Of a stretch of 64,000 nt of DNA, positions 63,016 through 64,000 are shown piece after piece (position 1 is the stretch's first letter; each line of letters opens with the position of its first letter). Both the position numbers and the translations under genes were made by a program. The stretch lies in IMG/VR virus record IMGVR_UViG_3300018080_000002, positions 32,001-96,000 of that record. One strand, written 5' to 3'. The notes below the pieces were generated by a model, which was given only the letters and a program-made list of their open reading frames with translations, searched no databases and was not told the DNA's origin. This stretch comes from a virus.

Positions 63016-63582
63016 ATGTCGAATATTTTAAAAGAATTTGAAAGTTTTGGTTTAATAAACAAAAAAAAGACTACTCAAGAGGCTTACATTGATCCTGAGC
63101 AAGAGCAGGAACAGGACGGTGCAGAACCAGAGGGTCCAGAGGATGATGAGCCTAGAGCAGATGATATTGGGCAAGACTCTGAAGAGGAGGGTATGATCCA
63201 GGTTCCAGAGGAAACCAAAGAAAAGGTCATGGAGCTGCATAAGCTGGCTGGTGAAGTCTATGGATTGATGGCTGGTGAGCCTGAGACGGGTCAGGAAACA
63301 GAGGAATCATATGATGCCCAACCAGACGACGAAACTCCTCCTGAAGCTGTTGGCGATCCTGACGATACTCCTGAAGATGATAAGACCGTTGATGCTACTA
63401 TTGATGAGCTTATATCGACAAGTTGGGGTGGTGATAACGAGAGTCAGGGGAAAGCGATAGAGCTGCTTAAGGGGTTGGCTTTTTCTGATGATCCGAAAGC
63501 GAATGCGTTTATGATGAAACTGGATGAGTTGACATCCGGTATGGACGCTAGTGCGTTAGGTGAGAGTAAAAAGAAAGCTTAA
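63016..63582 (+). CDS. Acidic hypothetical protein (possible head-internal protein)
   Basis: GGAGG RBS; N-terminus ILKEFESFGLI resembles SLKEDFQTLGLI of 55664. Confidence 0.6.
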   Translation: MSNILKEFESFGLINKKKTTQEAYIDPEQEQEQDGAEPEGPEDDEPRADDIGQDSEEEGMIQVPEETKEKVMELHKLAGEVYGLMAGEPETGQETEESYDAQPDDETPPEAVGDPDDTPEDDKTVDATIDELISTSWGGDNESQGKAIELLKGLAFSDDPKANAFMMKLDELTSGMDASALGESKKKA

Positions 63583-63595
63583 ATAGAGGTCCAGT

Positions 63596-64000
63596 ATGGA
63601 TAATGCAGAATTAATTCATATCGTCCAGAAAAAGCTTGGGATGCCTCAAGTAAAAGTAGAGATGGATGAATCTCAATGGGATGAGATGGTAGATGAGACT
63701 AAGCGTTGGTTCCTTGGTAAGAAAGGGATTATAGGCGCAAAGTCGATGTATATTGTTCCTAAGAGACCAGTTAAGTTTAGTACGATAGATACCACTCATG
63801 GGGTGGACAGCATCGTAGATGTTATCTTTGGTGTAGATCCTGCGTTAAATGGTCTGTTTTATGATTGCATTTTCGGGGTATTTACCAATGGGTATCCTAT
63901 TGTGGGAGCGTCTGTTTTTAAAACCCATTTCGGTCTATTTTCCTCTAGTCGCTATGCTCAGATGGTTATGGCTTTAGAGGAAAGACATAGGATCTATGGT
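63596..64000 (+). CDS. Neck protein (T4 gp13-like), 3'-truncated by the window edge
   Basis: MDNAELIHIVQKKLGMPQVKVEMDESQ resembles the gp13 N-terminus (LG.P.I.VEL...Q); not in the ORF track. Confidence 0.55.
   Translation, partial: MDNAELIHIVQKKLGMPQVKVEMDESQWDEMVDETKRWFLGKKGIIGAKSMYIVPKRPVKFSTIDTTHGVDSIVDVIFGVDPALNGLFYDCIFGVFTNGYPIVGASVFKTHFGLFSSSRYAQMVMALEERHRIYG

Overview
A 64-kb segment of a large tailed dsDNA bacteriophage with a T4-like head module, mostly on the + strand and consistent with the standard code 11. From left to right it carries: (1) a sugar-nucleotide, glycosyltransferase and sulfation cluster (rmlA/C/D, HldE-type kinase, GT2-GT9 fusion, intein-containing GT, sulfotransferase, CysC) interleaved with primase; (2) recombination genes (SSBs, SF2 helicase, RecA, Cas4-like nuclease, resolvases) and tandem Tad1-like/Acb2-like anti-defence genes; (3) an RNA island at 25.6-32.8 kb with a tandem array of modular tRNA-mimic RNAs, an AEP-fold gene, a TROVE/Ro60 gene behind an attenuator-like leader, and 16 conventional tRNAs plus one Ala-like tRNA mimic; (4) a short minus-strand block headed by a type III hammerhead ribozyme, a ~370-nt structured leader and tandem palindromic operators; (5) secreted hydrolases, Pnk-like kinase, phosphoesterase and RNase Z-like genes; (6) terminase, intein-containing portal, protease/scaffold, major capsid and neck genes. 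The most striking signal is the array at 25756-26387. Five RNAs there share one covarying scaffold (RRUGUA..UACUUCG..G-N2/3-UGUUYY), and each carries a different cargo: almost none, a circularly permuted tRNA that retains CCA, an acceptor-less tRNA, a YrlA-type permuted tRNA, or a complete 76-nt tRNA. All assignments are by eye from motifs and base-pairing; no database searches were run.
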